Made by a program: the position numbers and the translations under genes. Positions 1 through 9,147 of a stretch of DNA of 64,000 nucleotides are shown in pieces. The notes under the pieces were generated by a model. That model was not told the origin of the DNA. It searched no databases and was given only the letters and a program-made list of their open reading frames with translations. The stretch's first letter is position 1; each line of letters opens with the position of its first letter. This DNA comes from Oscillospiraceae bacterium (GTDB lineage Bacteria; Bacillota; Clostridia; Oscillospirales; CAG-272): NCBI GenBank assembly GCA_015065285.1, contig SVQP01000007.1:7520-71519 (forward strand), read 5' to 3'.

Positions 1-84
1 GGCAGCATTTCGGTGCCCTCTGTGGGTGAGATCATCCGCGATATTGCGCAAGCCGGGGGCGAGATCGTGATTACAAATCAGTAA
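1..84 (+). CDS. 3' end of a gene truncated by the window edge
   Basis: Open frame 1 GSISVPSVGEIIRDIAQAGGEIVITNQ ending in TAA, followed directly by a terminator hairpin. Confidence 0.6.
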   Translation, partial: GSISVPSVGEIIRDIAQAGGEIVITNQ

Positions 85-88
85 AATG

Positions 89-117
89 AAAAACAGCCCC
101 CATGGGGCTGTTTTTTT
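89..117. terminator. Bidirectional intrinsic terminator
   Basis: AAAAACAGCCCC-cat-GGGGCTGTTTTTTT between convergent ORFs. Confidence 0.85.
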
Positions 118-352
118 AGCACATCATGCAATTTTCCGTATCATCCTCGCATTCGGCTCCCGAAAGCAGCTGCAAAGCCGAGCCGAATTTATAAAGCCCA
201 CGGCTGACCGATCGCATATTGGCGCGGATCTTGGCGGTCTGCCTGTGCAGCATAATGCCTGCTGCCACCACCACCGCCGCGCACAGCACCACGCCGCCTG
301 CCGCCATGATCAAGGTTTTCTTATCAAACACGTCCATCCACCTCTCTTTCAA
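116..352 (-). CDS. Small hypothetical membrane-anchored protein
   Basis: 78-aa ORF with one hydrophobic segment (LIMAAGGVVLCAAVVVAAGIML); the internal ATG/GTG preceded by GAGAGGTG may be the true start. Confidence 0.6.
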   Translation of the reverse strand: MKERWMDVFDKKTLIMAAGGVVLCAAVVVAAGIMLHRQTAKIRANMRSVSRGLYKFGSALQLLSGAECEDDTENCMMC

Positions 353-393
353 GAGTATTTTGGACGCGCGCGGAAAATTTTATGCAAAAGGAC

Positions 394-422
394 TTGCAAA
401 ATCTTTGCCTGCGTGCTATAAT
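394..422 (+). promoter_or_regulatory. Sigma-A promoter for queT
   Basis: TTGCAA-17 bp-TATAAT with an extended -10 TG. Confidence 0.7.
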
Positions 423-445
423 GTGGTGCGTTGCCAGTGGCAACA

Positions 446-488
446 CGGTGAGTTCGTGACCATCCTCACCGCAAAAACAAAACTACGG
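446..488 (+). ncRNA. preQ1 class I riboswitch
   Basis: Stem CGGTGAG/CTCACCG enclosing loop TTCGTGACCAT, then A-rich tail CAAAAACAAAACTACGG; matches the preQ1-I consensus and lies directly upstream of a QueT gene. Confidence 0.85.
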
Positions 489-504
489 AAAGGGTTCCCC
501 AAAA

Positions 505-1035
505 ATGAAAAGAAACGTTCAATCTTCAAAGCGACTTGCGCTGTATCTTGCGCAGGGAGGACTGATTGCCGCCATGTACGTGGTGCTGACCATGCTGGCA
601 AATGCCGTAGGGCTTGCCAATTACCCCATTCAGCTGCGCCTTTCCGAGGCGCTGTGCATTCTGCCCGTGTTCACCCCCGCCGCCATTCCGGGGCTGTATA
701 TCGGCTGTCTGTTGGCAAATCTGCTCAGCAATTGCATCTGGCAGGACGTGGTGTTCGGCTCGCTGGCAACGCTGGCAGGCGCGCTTGGCGCGTATCTGAT
801 CGGCAAGTGGCTGGGCGATAATCCGCGCCTTTGCGCATGGAGCGCAGGTGTTCCTACGGTGATCGCCAACGTATTGATCGTACCGCCCGTACTCAAGTTT
901 GCCTACGGCATTCCCGGCAGCATCTGGTATTTTTACCTGACTGTGTGCGCAGGTGAGGTTTTGTCCGCATGGCTGCTCGGTGCTTTGCTGTACCTGGCGC
1001 TTTATAAAAGAAAAGACAAGATTTTTAAGACGTAA
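505..1035 (+). CDS. queT: QueT family queuosine-precursor transporter (ECF S-component type)
   Basis: IAAMYVVLT...IQLRLSEALCILP...GLYIGCLLAN...DVVFGSLAT motifs; preQ1 riboswitch upstream. Confidence 0.9.
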   Translation: MKRNVQSSKRLALYLAQGGLIAAMYVVLTMLANAVGLANYPIQLRLSEALCILPVFTPAAIPGLYIGCLLANLLSNCIWQDVVFGSLATLAGALGAYLIGKWLGDNPRLCAWSAGVPTVIANVLIVPPVLKFAYGIPGSIWYFYLTVCAGEVLSAWLLGALLYLALYKRKDKIFKT

Positions 1036-1066
1036 AAAAGAGACCGAGCATGCTCGGTCTCTTTTA
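1033..1066. terminator. Bidirectional terminator
   Basis: AAAAGAGACCGAGC-at-GCTCGGTCTCTTTT. Confidence 0.85.
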
Positions 1067-1069
1067 ATT

Positions 1070-4030
1070 TTATTTTCTCTTTTTCTTGTTTGCAATGGCA
1101 GCACCTGCGGCAGCCATGGCAATGACGGGGATTGCGCCAAGCGCGGATTTGCAGCCGCCCTCGCTCTTGCCCTCGCTCTCACTCTCACTCTCACTCTTAC
1201 CTTCGGTCTGCTGCTCGCTGCTCTCGGTCTCGGGAGCATTCGTTTCGGGCTGAGTCGTTTCGGTTTGGTCGGGCGTGTAGGGGGTGTTATCCACCTTGTT
1301 GTCGTCCTCGCGCATGATCAGCACCGCGCAATAAGCGGGCAGATCGATCGAAACGCTGCTGCCGCTTCCGCTGACGATCATGCCGTCGTGCGGATAGTAA
1401 ACGGTGTAAGCGCCCGCATAGCCATCGGTAAATTCCAGCGTTGCCTTGCCGTTTTGGTCAGTAGAGTTTGCGATGTAAGCAATGTCGTGCGCCTCGTCCA
1501 TAAACTCACCGTACAGAACGGTCTGAGAGGTCAAGGTATCAAGTGCGGTCAGCTTCATAAAGTGGTTTGCCATCTTGGAGATGCGCGTCGCTGCCACGGA
1601 GGACTTGAACTGGTCGCAATCCGCCAAAGATGCCATAGCGGCACTGACGCGTGCGTCACCGTCAACGTCGGTTGCCTTGTAGTCGTCGTAGGCGGTTGCC
1701 ACGAATACCACGTTGCCGCCTGCCTTTTTGAACAGCGCCAGCTTTTCTGCCGCATCAGCCGAAATGTATTCGCCAAATGCCAGCACAATGGTGCGGTAAG
1801 AGCCGTTGCCGATCACCAGTCTGCCGTCCGCGGTCACGGTTGCAGCGCAAATGCTCTGATCGTCAATGATGGTGTAGAGCACGCGTCTTTGCAAAAGCTC
1901 GAGGCAGAAGTTGGTGTAGTTATCGTTGAGCGTCACAGCCTCGGTGCCCTCGCCAAATGCCGAGGAATGCACGTCGTCTGCGTTGTGCAGTGCCTGCACG
2001 GTGGCAATGGGATAGAAGATTGCAAGGTCGCCTGCCTCCACCGTTCCGTCAAGAATGGTGTTGAGTCTGCCTACGTAGGTGTTGATCTGATTGATCTCCT
2101 TGCTTGTGTAGTCCCTTTGCGGGTTGATGACGTTATAAATCGTGGTGCCGAACAGTCTGGTCAGGGTTGCGCCACCGATCGAAGCGCCCATCTTGTCGTT
2201 CTGGAAGCTTTCGGTCGGGACAGCCGAGGGGTTGTATTCAATCATCACGTCGCTCTTGCCTGCATTGCGCGCAGCACTTGCCACAAAGCGAATGCCCAGG
2301 TGGTTGCCCACGAAGCACTGGGAGAGCAGATCGTTGGGATGAATATGCAGCACGTCTACACCGGGGATGGTCATGCCGCCAATAATCTGCATGAAATCGC
2401 CACCGTAGGTTTCTACGTGGTCGTTCATGTTTTCCTCAAACAGCAAGTGTCCCGAGGAAGCCATACCGTTTGCCTGGCACCAAGCATCGATCTGGTCAAT
2501 ATAGGACTGTTTGAACAGAGAAGCAACCAGGGAATAGTAGTGGATGCGCATGCGCTCCGCCTTGGCGTCGCGACCCTCGAACAATAAGGGCAGCTCCAGC
2601 TCATAGCCATAGGTTTCCTTGAACTTTTGGTCCAAGCCCTCGGTCCAAACGATATAATTCTCAATATCGCGGTTGCCTTGACTCGGCTCGTCGGTAAAGA
2701 ATGCCTCGACCATGGAGAAATCCTTGCCAAACGAGGTCTTGTAGTGGTTGTGCGTCAGCTCAATAAAGCGCGCAACCGAATCGGGGCGCAGCGTGTCTAC
2801 GTGATACAGGGTGGAGAAATCGTTTCTGTCCTGCTCGTGATCGTCGGTATAACGCAGCACGTAAATGTCCAAGAGGCACTCGCCCGAGATCTCACCCGTC
2901 AGGTCAAAGGAAAGGGTCGCACCGTCTGCTTGGGGGGTCCAGACCTTGCCGGATTGCTTGACGGTTGCCAGCATGATCTCAATATCCAACCCTGCGCGAG
3001 GGATATAGGTGTATTTTGCTCTGTCCAAAAGAATCTGAATATGCTCAATGCCGGTGGCACGCCAAGCCTCGTTGGTGTCCAGCACCTGACCAAAGGCGGA
3101 GCCGCTGGGCCACTGATATTCGTCATAGATCCAAAGCGTCATGTCTTTGCTGTCGGCATACAGGTAGGTGTCCTTAAGCAGCGCAAATTCCGCTTCGTCC
3201 TTGAGGTACTGCGGGGTGAAATTGACGTTGGAGACAATGCCGCCGTAGCCTTGGCTCAAAAGATCCTCCACCTGCGTTTTGTAGGTGCCGTTAAAGCCGT
3301 AGGCTACCCAGTTCATGCGGTAAGCGTTGAGAGGGGAGAAGAAATTTTCGCCTCTGTAGAATGCGTTGTAATCAATGTCAGGCTTCACGGGACCGTTTAC
3401 AACCTCGCTTTCAAAATGGATAAAGGTCTGTGCGTCGCTGGCATTATCGTACAAGCCGTATGCCTTGATAAAGTATTGCACATCGGGGGTGCAGAAGTTA
3501 TCGAACATGTCAATGCGCAAATTGGTCAAGCCGCCTGCGATCTGCATGCCGGGAGGGAACGCACCCGCCTTGGATACGTCGGTCAGGTCAATCACCACTA
3601 CCTGCCAGTCGTCGGTGTTTTGGTAGGTGAAGTTGAAAAAGGGGTACTGGTCAGCCGTGGTGGTGGAGCGCAGGCGCATCTGACCGCCCTTGCCGGTATA
3701 ATCGGATTTGATCAGCAGCGCCAGATAGTGGTATTTGCCAATATCCACCATGCCACTTGGCAGGGTAAGCCCCAGGTAGGGGTCAACGCAATAGCCCGGC
3801 TGCGTTTCTTCAAATCGAACCTGCATCGCCTGCTCCTGATTGCTGTGTGCTAAGGAGCAGTAAAACACGTCGTACGTGTGCGCGATGTTGTCGGAATCGT
3901 TGAAATCCACCAGATATGCAGGGGCTACGTAGCCCTCCTTGGCGGCAAGCGAGGGAAGGGCGAGCGCAGTGACTGTGCAAGCCAATGTCGCAAGCACGAT
4001 CGTAAGGATCAGAATTTTCTTTTTGCTCAT
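1070..4030 (-). CDS. Secreted, surface-anchored glycoside hydrolase (GH106/GH42-like TIM barrel)
   Basis: Signal peptide; WIYDEYQWPSG and FFTDEPS motifs; C-terminal class-I GATase-like trimerisation region; T/E/S-rich linker; GGCKS-TM-KKKRK tail. Confidence 0.7.
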   Translation of the reverse strand: MSKKKILILTIVLATLACTVTALALPSLAAKEGYVAPAYLVDFNDSDNIAHTYDVFYCSLAHSNQEQAMQVRFEETQPGYCVDPYLGLTLPSGMVDIGKYHYLALLIKSDYTGKGGQMRLRSTTTADQYPFFNFTYQNTDDWQVVVIDLTDVSKAGAFPPGMQIAGGLTNLRIDMFDNFCTPDVQYFIKAYGLYDNASDAQTFIHFESEVVNGPVKPDIDYNAFYRGENFFSPLNAYRMNWVAYGFNGTYKTQVEDLLSQGYGGIVSNVNFTPQYLKDEAEFALLKDTYLYADSKDMTLWIYDEYQWPSGSAFGQVLDTNEAWRATGIEHIQILLDRAKYTYIPRAGLDIEIMLATVKQSGKVWTPQADGATLSFDLTGEISGECLLDIYVLRYTDDHEQDRNDFSTLYHVDTLRPDSVARFIELTHNHYKTSFGKDFSMVEAFFTDEPSQGNRDIENYIVWTEGLDQKFKETYGYELELPLLFEGRDAKAERMRIHYYSLVASLFKQSYIDQIDAWCQANGMASSGHLLFEENMNDHVETYGGDFMQIIGGMTIPGVDVLHIHPNDLLSQCFVGNHLGIRFVASAARNAGKSDVMIEYNPSAVPTESFQNDKMGASIGGATLTRLFGTTIYNVINPQRDYTSKEINQINTYVGRLNTILDGTVEAGDLAIFYPIATVQALHNADDVHSSAFGEGTEAVTLNDNYTNFCLELLQRRVLYTIIDDQSICAATVTADGRLVIGNGSYRTIVLAFGEYISADAAEKLALFKKAGGNVVFVATAYDDYKATDVDGDARVSAAMASLADCDQFKSSVAATRISKMANHFMKLTALDTLTSQTVLYGEFMDEAHDIAYIANSTDQNGKATLEFTDGYAGAYTVYYPHDGMIVSGSGSSVSIDLPAYCAVLIMREDDNKVDNTPYTPDQTETTQPETNAPETESSEQQTEGKSESESESEGKSEGGCKSALGAIPVIAMAAAGAAIANKKKRK

Positions 4031-5247
4031 GAGTTTTGTCCTTTCTTGTAGGCGTTCACGTCAGCCCACCAGGGGGATTGATCGCCAAGTAAAAAGCATT
4101 TGATCTGCTCTGCTTCGGCACGTGCCGAGGCGCAGGCAGCGGGATCGGGGTGCTTTTTGCGTACACCGCGCAAAAGTACGTTCTTAGGGGTCTCCTCGGG
4201 GTCAATCAGCTCAAGTGCCGCAGTGGTATATCCGTGTGCCTCCAGAATTTTGAGGCGCAGCGCGTCGGTGGCTGCATCGCAAAGCTTCTGCCGCAGCATG
4301 GAGTGCTTGGCAATAAAGTCCAGCGAGGGGCAGGCAAGGGAGGGGCTCATGGCGTGGTGGCAGCAGGGCGTGGAGAGAATCACGTCTGCCTCCCAAGCAA
4401 GCGCACGAGAGAGCACAAGGTCGGTGGCAATATCGCATGCGTGCAGGGAAATGACCAGATTGACGTGGTCGTCGGTGTCGTATTTTCCCACGTCACCGCA
4501 TAAAAATTCCAGCCCGTCAAAGCCAAGGTCGCGCGCGGTTGCCGAGCAGAAATCAATCACGTCCTGCTTGAGATCCACACCGGTCATGCGCACCTGCCTT
4601 TGCTTGATGACGGCAAAATAGTGATATACGGCAAAGGAAAGGTAGGATTTGCCGCAGCACAAATCGCAAATACGTAAGGTGCCCGTGGCGGGCAGCTTAT
4701 CCTCTACGTCGCGCACCAGCTCCAAAAAGCGATTGATCTGTCTGAACTTGGCGCGCTTCTTGTCGTGTACGCGCCCGTTTTTGTCACTGACCTCCAGCTT
4801 GATCAGAAAGGGCTCGTTACCGCTGAGAATGTATTGCTTTTCACGGTTGTTGAACAAGGTTGCCACAGTGGGAGCGGCAGGGGATGCGCCCTGCAGGCGC
4901 TTGAGCAGCGCCTCACCGCCCAGCAGAGCGGTCTTGCCGGATTTACTTGTGCGGTATTCGCTCTCACCAAGCGTAGTCAGAATATTGATCTGCCCTGCGG
5001 TAGAGAGCAGCGCAAGCAACGCGTCCGCGTCACCAATCTCCAGGTTCTTGTGCTTGGCTTTGTTGTCTTTATGTAAGGATTCGGCTTGCAGGCAGGGTCT
5101 GCCGCCAATTGAGCGCACGGTCAGCGTGGTTTTGATCGCGTCGCCCTCGGTATGGCGGGATAATACCGCCTTTTTGAGCAGGCTTGCGCGTGCCGCCAGC
5201 GTGATCAGCTGCGCAGCTGATTGCAAATGCGCGTTGGCTTCCATCAT
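4027..5247 (-). CDS. SAM-dependent methyltransferase (Methyltransf_32-like)
   Basis: KFRQINRF, DLCCGKSYLSF, SLHACDIATD, PCC and TPKN motifs. Confidence 0.85.
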   Translation of the reverse strand: MMEANAHLQSAAQLITLAARASLLKKAVLSRHTEGDAIKTTLTVRSIGGRPCLQAESLHKDNKAKHKNLEIGDADALLALLSTAGQINILTTLGESEYRTSKSGKTALLGGEALLKRLQGASPAAPTVATLFNNREKQYILSGNEPFLIKLEVSDKNGRVHDKKRAKFRQINRFLELVRDVEDKLPATGTLRICDLCCGKSYLSFAVYHYFAVIKQRQVRMTGVDLKQDVIDFCSATARDLGFDGLEFLCGDVGKYDTDDHVNLVISLHACDIATDLVLSRALAWEADVILSTPCCHHAMSPSLACPSLDFIAKHSMLRQKLCDAATDALRLKILEAHGYTTAALELIDPEETPKNVLLRGVRKKHPDPAACASARAEAEQIKCFLLGDQSPWWADVNAYKKGQNS

Positions 5248-6017
5248 TGCTCCTCCTGCTTCTTTTTCTTTTTTCCAAATTCCAGTCGGGGCTCCTGACG
5301 CTCCATCATAGCGCGGATATTCTTCCAGTGCGTGAACAGCATCACAGCCACCACGCCTACCGAAAGCAGCACTAAGGTGGGGTTGAAGGCATTCATGAAA
5401 GCCGAGGCGATCAGGGGATAGAGCAGCACGGGGAACAGTCTTGCTGCGGTGGAATAGCGCATGCCGATCAGCACGATCAGATAGATGACAAGCAGAACGG
5501 CAAACACCAAGGGTGCCAGAATGCAGACCGTAATAGCGGCAATTTCAAAGCCGCGCGTGCCGCGCATTTTGTGCCATACGGGCATGGCATCACCGAGAAT
5601 GCAGAAAAAGGCTGCAATGGCAGCACCGTCCGCGCCTGCGCCTCTGCCCAGCGTAAAGTAGCCAAGCGCAAGGCAAACGAGCACCTTGAGAAATTCCAGT
5701 GCAAAGCATGCCACGGCATGTCCCTTGCCCACGTGGCGCCACACGTCCAAAAGCTCACCCTTTTGCCCACCGATGGCGTAAATATCCACGCCTTTGACGC
5801 GGCGGCAGTAAAAGCGGGGAACCGAAATCGAGCCCAACAGGTAGGGGATCACGGCAGCACCGATCAGAAGCAGGATCAGGTGCAGCGCCTGCGCAGCAAC
5901 GCCCGTGTATTCCAGCGTGAAGAAATTCTCTTCAATCTCCTTCCACGAAGCAAGATTCAGCCAAACGATCAGGTCGGGCAAGCCAACGATATATTGGCTC
6001 AATATATCCAGATACAT
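5244..6017 (-). CDS. PlsY-like glycerol-3-phosphate acyltransferase family membrane protein (degenerate motifs)
   Basis: YLLGSI...GVDI and HWKNIR...EP motifs; ATG at 6017 with GGAAAGAGAG RBS; the GSGN-GATN and GH/GGKG motifs are altered. Confidence 0.7.
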   Translation of the reverse strand: MYLDILSQYIVGLPDLIVWLNLASWKEIEENFFTLEYTGVAAQALHLILLLIGAAVIPYLLGSISVPRFYCRRVKGVDIYAIGGQKGELLDVWRHVGKGHAVACFALEFLKVLVCLALGYFTLGRGAGADGAAIAAFFCILGDAMPVWHKMRGTRGFEIAAITVCILAPLVFAVLLVIYLIVLIGMRYSTAARLFPVLLYPLIASAFMNAFNPTLVLLSVGVVAVMLFTHWKNIRAMMERQEPRLEFGKKKKKQEEQ

Positions 6018-6118
6018 GTAAACACTCTCTTTCCGGGGCATTTCGCCCAATACTTATCTATTTTATATTATAACACAGCTCGCATGATCTTGCAATAGCC
6101 CAAGTGTAAAGTTTTTGC

Positions 6119-6147
6119 TTGACAAAGAAAGGGGGGCATGCTATAAT
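6119..6147 (+). promoter_or_regulatory. Consensus sigma-A promoter driving the membrane-protein array
   Basis: TTGACA-17 bp-TATAAT with TG extension. Confidence 0.8.
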
Positions 6148-6191
6148 GCAGGTGTATACCCTCGAATATTGTAATGAAATGGAGAATGACA

Positions 6192-6980
6192 ATGGAAGAA
6201 GCAAGCTACTCATTTTTAGAATGGTTAATCCAGCTCCTGATCGATTCGGGATTGCTGAGCGCACTGGGCGATGAAGCCTCCGACATGATCTCGCAGATCT
6301 TTATTGAGATCGGCAACTGGGCAATTGCCATGTTCTGGGAATTGATCAAAACCAGCACCGTTTTCTTGGTCGGCGTCATTATTGCGCTGGTTGTAGCAGT
6401 GCTTGTTATGATTGCAGGTATTGTGATCTACATTTTGCACGCGATCGGCTTGATGCGCATGGCAAAAAAGCTGGGTGTCAAGCACAGATGGCTGGCATGG
6501 ATCCCCTATGGCAGAGAATTTCTGACCGGTGCATGCGCTGAAAAGTGCATTGAAAGAAACGGCAAAAAGCCCGCTAAGTGGTCTGCGATCCTGTTCCTTG
6601 GTTATCTTGCCACCACCATTGGTAAGTATATCATTCAGATCGTCATTATGGTGGTACTGTCCGTACTCCCCGGCTTGAACGCACTTCTGACGCTGGCATT
6701 TGAGCTGCTGCCGTTTGTCTTTATTGGCTTGTATGCATATTGTACCTGGCGCCTGTTCAAGGAGTTCGTGGGCTCTTCGGGCTCTACGATTATGACGATT
6801 GCTATGATTCTGACCGTTTGGTTTGAAGGCTTGTTCTTCTTTATCGCCAGCTGCTTCAAGCTGCGCGACCTTGAGTCTGCTGAGCAGACCAAAGCAGCAG
6901 AAGTAGCAGAAGCAGCAGAAGTAGCAGAAGCAGCAGAAGTAGCAGAAGCAGTCGTACCCGCTCAAAACACAGAAGCTTAA
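6192..6980 (+). CDS. Membrane protein, paralog 1 of tandem array (DUF5684-like AWIP motif)
   Basis: GLMRMAKKLG...WLAWIP motif; several TM segments; GGAG RBS before ATG 6192. Confidence 0.75.
   Translation: MEEASYSFLEWLIQLLIDSGLLSALGDEASDMISQIFIEIGNWAIAMFWELIKTSTVFLVGVIIALVVAVLVMIAGIVIYILHAIGLMRMAKKLGVKHRWLAWIPYGREFLTGACAEKCIERNGKKPAKWSAILFLGYLATTIGKYIIQIVIMVVLSVLPGLNALLTLAFELLPFVFIGLYAYCTWRLFKEFVGSSGSTIMTIAMILTVWFEGLFFFIASCFKLRDLESAEQTKAAEVAEAAEVAEAAEVAEAVVPAQNTEA
6894..6947 (+). repeat. 18-bp tandem repeat x3 encoding AAEVAE
   Basis: GCAGCAGAAGTAGCAGAA repeated three times in frame. Confidence 0.95.
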
Positions 6981-7053
6981 GAGGACCCCTTCGCAGTCTG
7001 ACGTCTTGGAATTTTTTGAACAAGAAAATTTTTGAACAAGGAAGGTAATCATT

Positions 7054-7713
7054 ATGGGAGGCTTTGGACCTTTTGAACTCTTTGATGTTTTTGAAGAGCT
7101 TTTTAATGGCATCATTGATATTTTTGAAGACGGCGTATTCACCGTCGGAGGCATCGTTGCGCTTGTGCTTCTGCTGGTTGCAGGGCTTAGTTCGATGATC
7201 GGCTCGCTTACGGGACTTGTGTTCTACGTGATGTACAGCCTTGGCATTCACCGCATGGCAAAGCGACTGGATGCTTGCCATCCCGTGCTTGCATGGCTGC
7301 CCTTTGCCCAGTATTTTGCTCTTGGTAAGGTGACGGAAAAGTGCGATGAGCGCAGAGATCTGCCGGTCAAGGCATGGGGCAAGACGCTGCTCTGGTGCAG
7401 CATTGGCGGTATCGTGGGCGTGCTGGTGCTCAGCGTGCTGGCAGCCTTGTGCTACCTTACCATTGGCTTGCTTGGCATCATCAGCCTGCTTGGCGCGCTC
7501 TTGTTTGAACTGCTGGCGGTTGCCGTCTCTGTGATCCCGCAGATTCTGAGCTTTGTGTGTCTTTGGAAGATTTTCAGAGAATTCTATCCCTCGCCCTTCA
7601 ATATCATTCTGTTTATCGTGTCGCTGTTGCTGAGCATTCAGCCCATCACGGTGCTGATCGCAAGTTTCCGTACCCCTTCGCCTGCTGCTGAGCAGGAGGA
7701 CGTGTTTGCCTGA
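7054..7713 (+). CDS. Membrane protein, paralog 2
   Basis: GIHRMAKRL...LAWLP...GKVTEKC...IASFRTP; AGGAAGG RBS. Confidence 0.75.
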   Translation: MGGFGPFELFDVFEELFNGIIDIFEDGVFTVGGIVALVLLLVAGLSSMIGSLTGLVFYVMYSLGIHRMAKRLDACHPVLAWLPFAQYFALGKVTEKCDERRDLPVKAWGKTLLWCSIGGIVGVLVLSVLAALCYLTIGLLGIISLLGALLFELLAVAVSVIPQILSFVCLWKIFREFYPSPFNIILFIVSLLLSIQPITVLIASFRTPSPAAEQEDVFA

Positions 7714-7738
7714 TCCGATTGCCTGAAAGGAGTTTTGT

Positions 7739-8347
7739 ATGGGTGTTTTGATTCCTTTGATCTATCTATTGATGCTCGTGATCTTTTTCGGCATCTTTGG
7801 TATCGTGTTTTTGTGTGCGATGGTGCTTGATTACGCGATTTCGGGCTTTGCGCTTTACAGGATCGCCAAGCAGACGGGCGCGTGCAAGCCGGGGTTTGCG
7901 TGGATTCCCGTCGTGCAGGCATGGGTGCGCGGTAAGTGTGCCGAGGCATGCGAGGTGCGCTGCGCTCAAAAGCAGCATAACTGGGGCAAGATTGCGCTGA
8001 TCCTTCAGATCGTGCATCTTTGCTGTGTGATCTTTATTATGCCCATCGGCATGATTCTTTCCATTTTCGGCGGCGGCTTTTTGCTCAACCTGTTGTCTTA
8101 TCTGGCGATTGCCGTGAGCGTTGTGACCTGGGTATGTACTTATAAGATCTACCACTACTACGTCAGCGATCCCATTGACATCGTGCTGACGCTTTTGCAC
8201 ACGCAGCTTGGCTATACGGATGCAGGACTTCTGATCGCGTCGTTTATCAAGCCCCGCGGTGCATCACAAGAGGAGATGCCGAGCGCAGAGGCTTGTGAGA
8301 AAACGGATGACGCTGCGCAGGATGGCGCTGTGATCGATGTGGAATAA
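7739..8347 (+). CDS. Membrane protein, paralog 3
   Basis: ALYRIAKQTG...FAWIP...GKCAEAC...IASFIKP; AAGGAG RBS. Confidence 0.75.
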   Translation: MGVLIPLIYLLMLVIFFGIFGIVFLCAMVLDYAISGFALYRIAKQTGACKPGFAWIPVVQAWVRGKCAEACEVRCAQKQHNWGKIALILQIVHLCCVIFIMPIGMILSIFGGGFLLNLLSYLAIAVSVVTWVCTYKIYHYYVSDPIDIVLTLLHTQLGYTDAGLLIASFIKPRGASQEEMPSAEACEKTDDAAQDGAVIDVE

Positions 8348-9134
8348 GATAGCCGCCACCACCTCAAGCGGGGATGGCGCGCAGTGGGAACTTCCTGAAT
8401 TTTTTGACGATATTTCAAGGTTTCTCGCAGATCTGATCGAGGATCTGGGGCAGGAGGATCTGATCTTTTTGCTCTCTGTTTGCGTCATTGTTGCGCTCTT
8501 GTGCATGATTGCCGGTCTTGTGGGCTACGTGCTGCAAAGCACCGCTCTTGGAAGGATTGCCAAGGGGCAGGGGGCGATCAAAACGATTTCCCGCCTTGTA
8601 TGGGTTCCCTATGCGCGGTATTATGCAATTGGCAAGCTGGGTGAGCGGTGCGAGGCGCGACGCGCCAAGCACGCACGTGTGCGCGGAAAGCCGATGGTTG
8701 CCATCTGCACGCCGCTCTCTGTCCTTGCTGCAATTTGTGCCGTTGCCTCGTTTGTGCTGATCGTGTTGCCCCTTTTGCTGCTGCTGCTGATCCGGCTGCT
8801 GAATTCGGACGAATTGCCCGGCATTCTGCAAATCATTGCATACGTTTTCGCTTTCGCAATATTTTTGTTTGCGTTGGTTGTAGAGGATGGCGCACTGCTT
8901 TTGATCGGGCTGTGCTTTATGCTTGGCATTTTGCTGCTTGTGGCATCGCTTGCGCTTTCCCTGGCTGCCCGCATTCCTCAATACGTGTGCTTTGCCAAGA
9001 TCCTGCGCGAGTATTTTGAGCCGCCTCTATGTTACGTGCTGACCGTGCTGTCGGTGCTGCTTGGCGCATTCCCTGTTGCGCTGCTGATTGCAAGCTTCAG
9101 AAATCCCGTGCCGGCTGCGGCATATCAAGAATAA
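8337..9134 (+). CDS. Membrane protein, paralog 4
   Basis: ALGRIAKGQG...LVWVP...GKLGERC...IASFRNP; overlaps the previous stop. Confidence 0.7.
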   Translation: MWNKIAATTSSGDGAQWELPEFFDDISRFLADLIEDLGQEDLIFLLSVCVIVALLCMIAGLVGYVLQSTALGRIAKGQGAIKTISRLVWVPYARYYAIGKLGERCEARRAKHARVRGKPMVAICTPLSVLAAICAVASFVLIVLPLLLLLLIRLLNSDELPGILQIIAYVFAFAIFLFALVVEDGALLLIGLCFMLGILLLVASLALSLAARIPQYVCFAKILREYFEPPLCYVLTVLSVLLGAFPVALLIASFRNPVPAAAYQE

Positions 9135-9147
9135 ATGCATAAAAAAG

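Noticed and set aside
6894-6947. Phase-variation tract
   Set aside because: The unit is 18 bp and in frame near the C-terminus, so copy-number change would not switch expression
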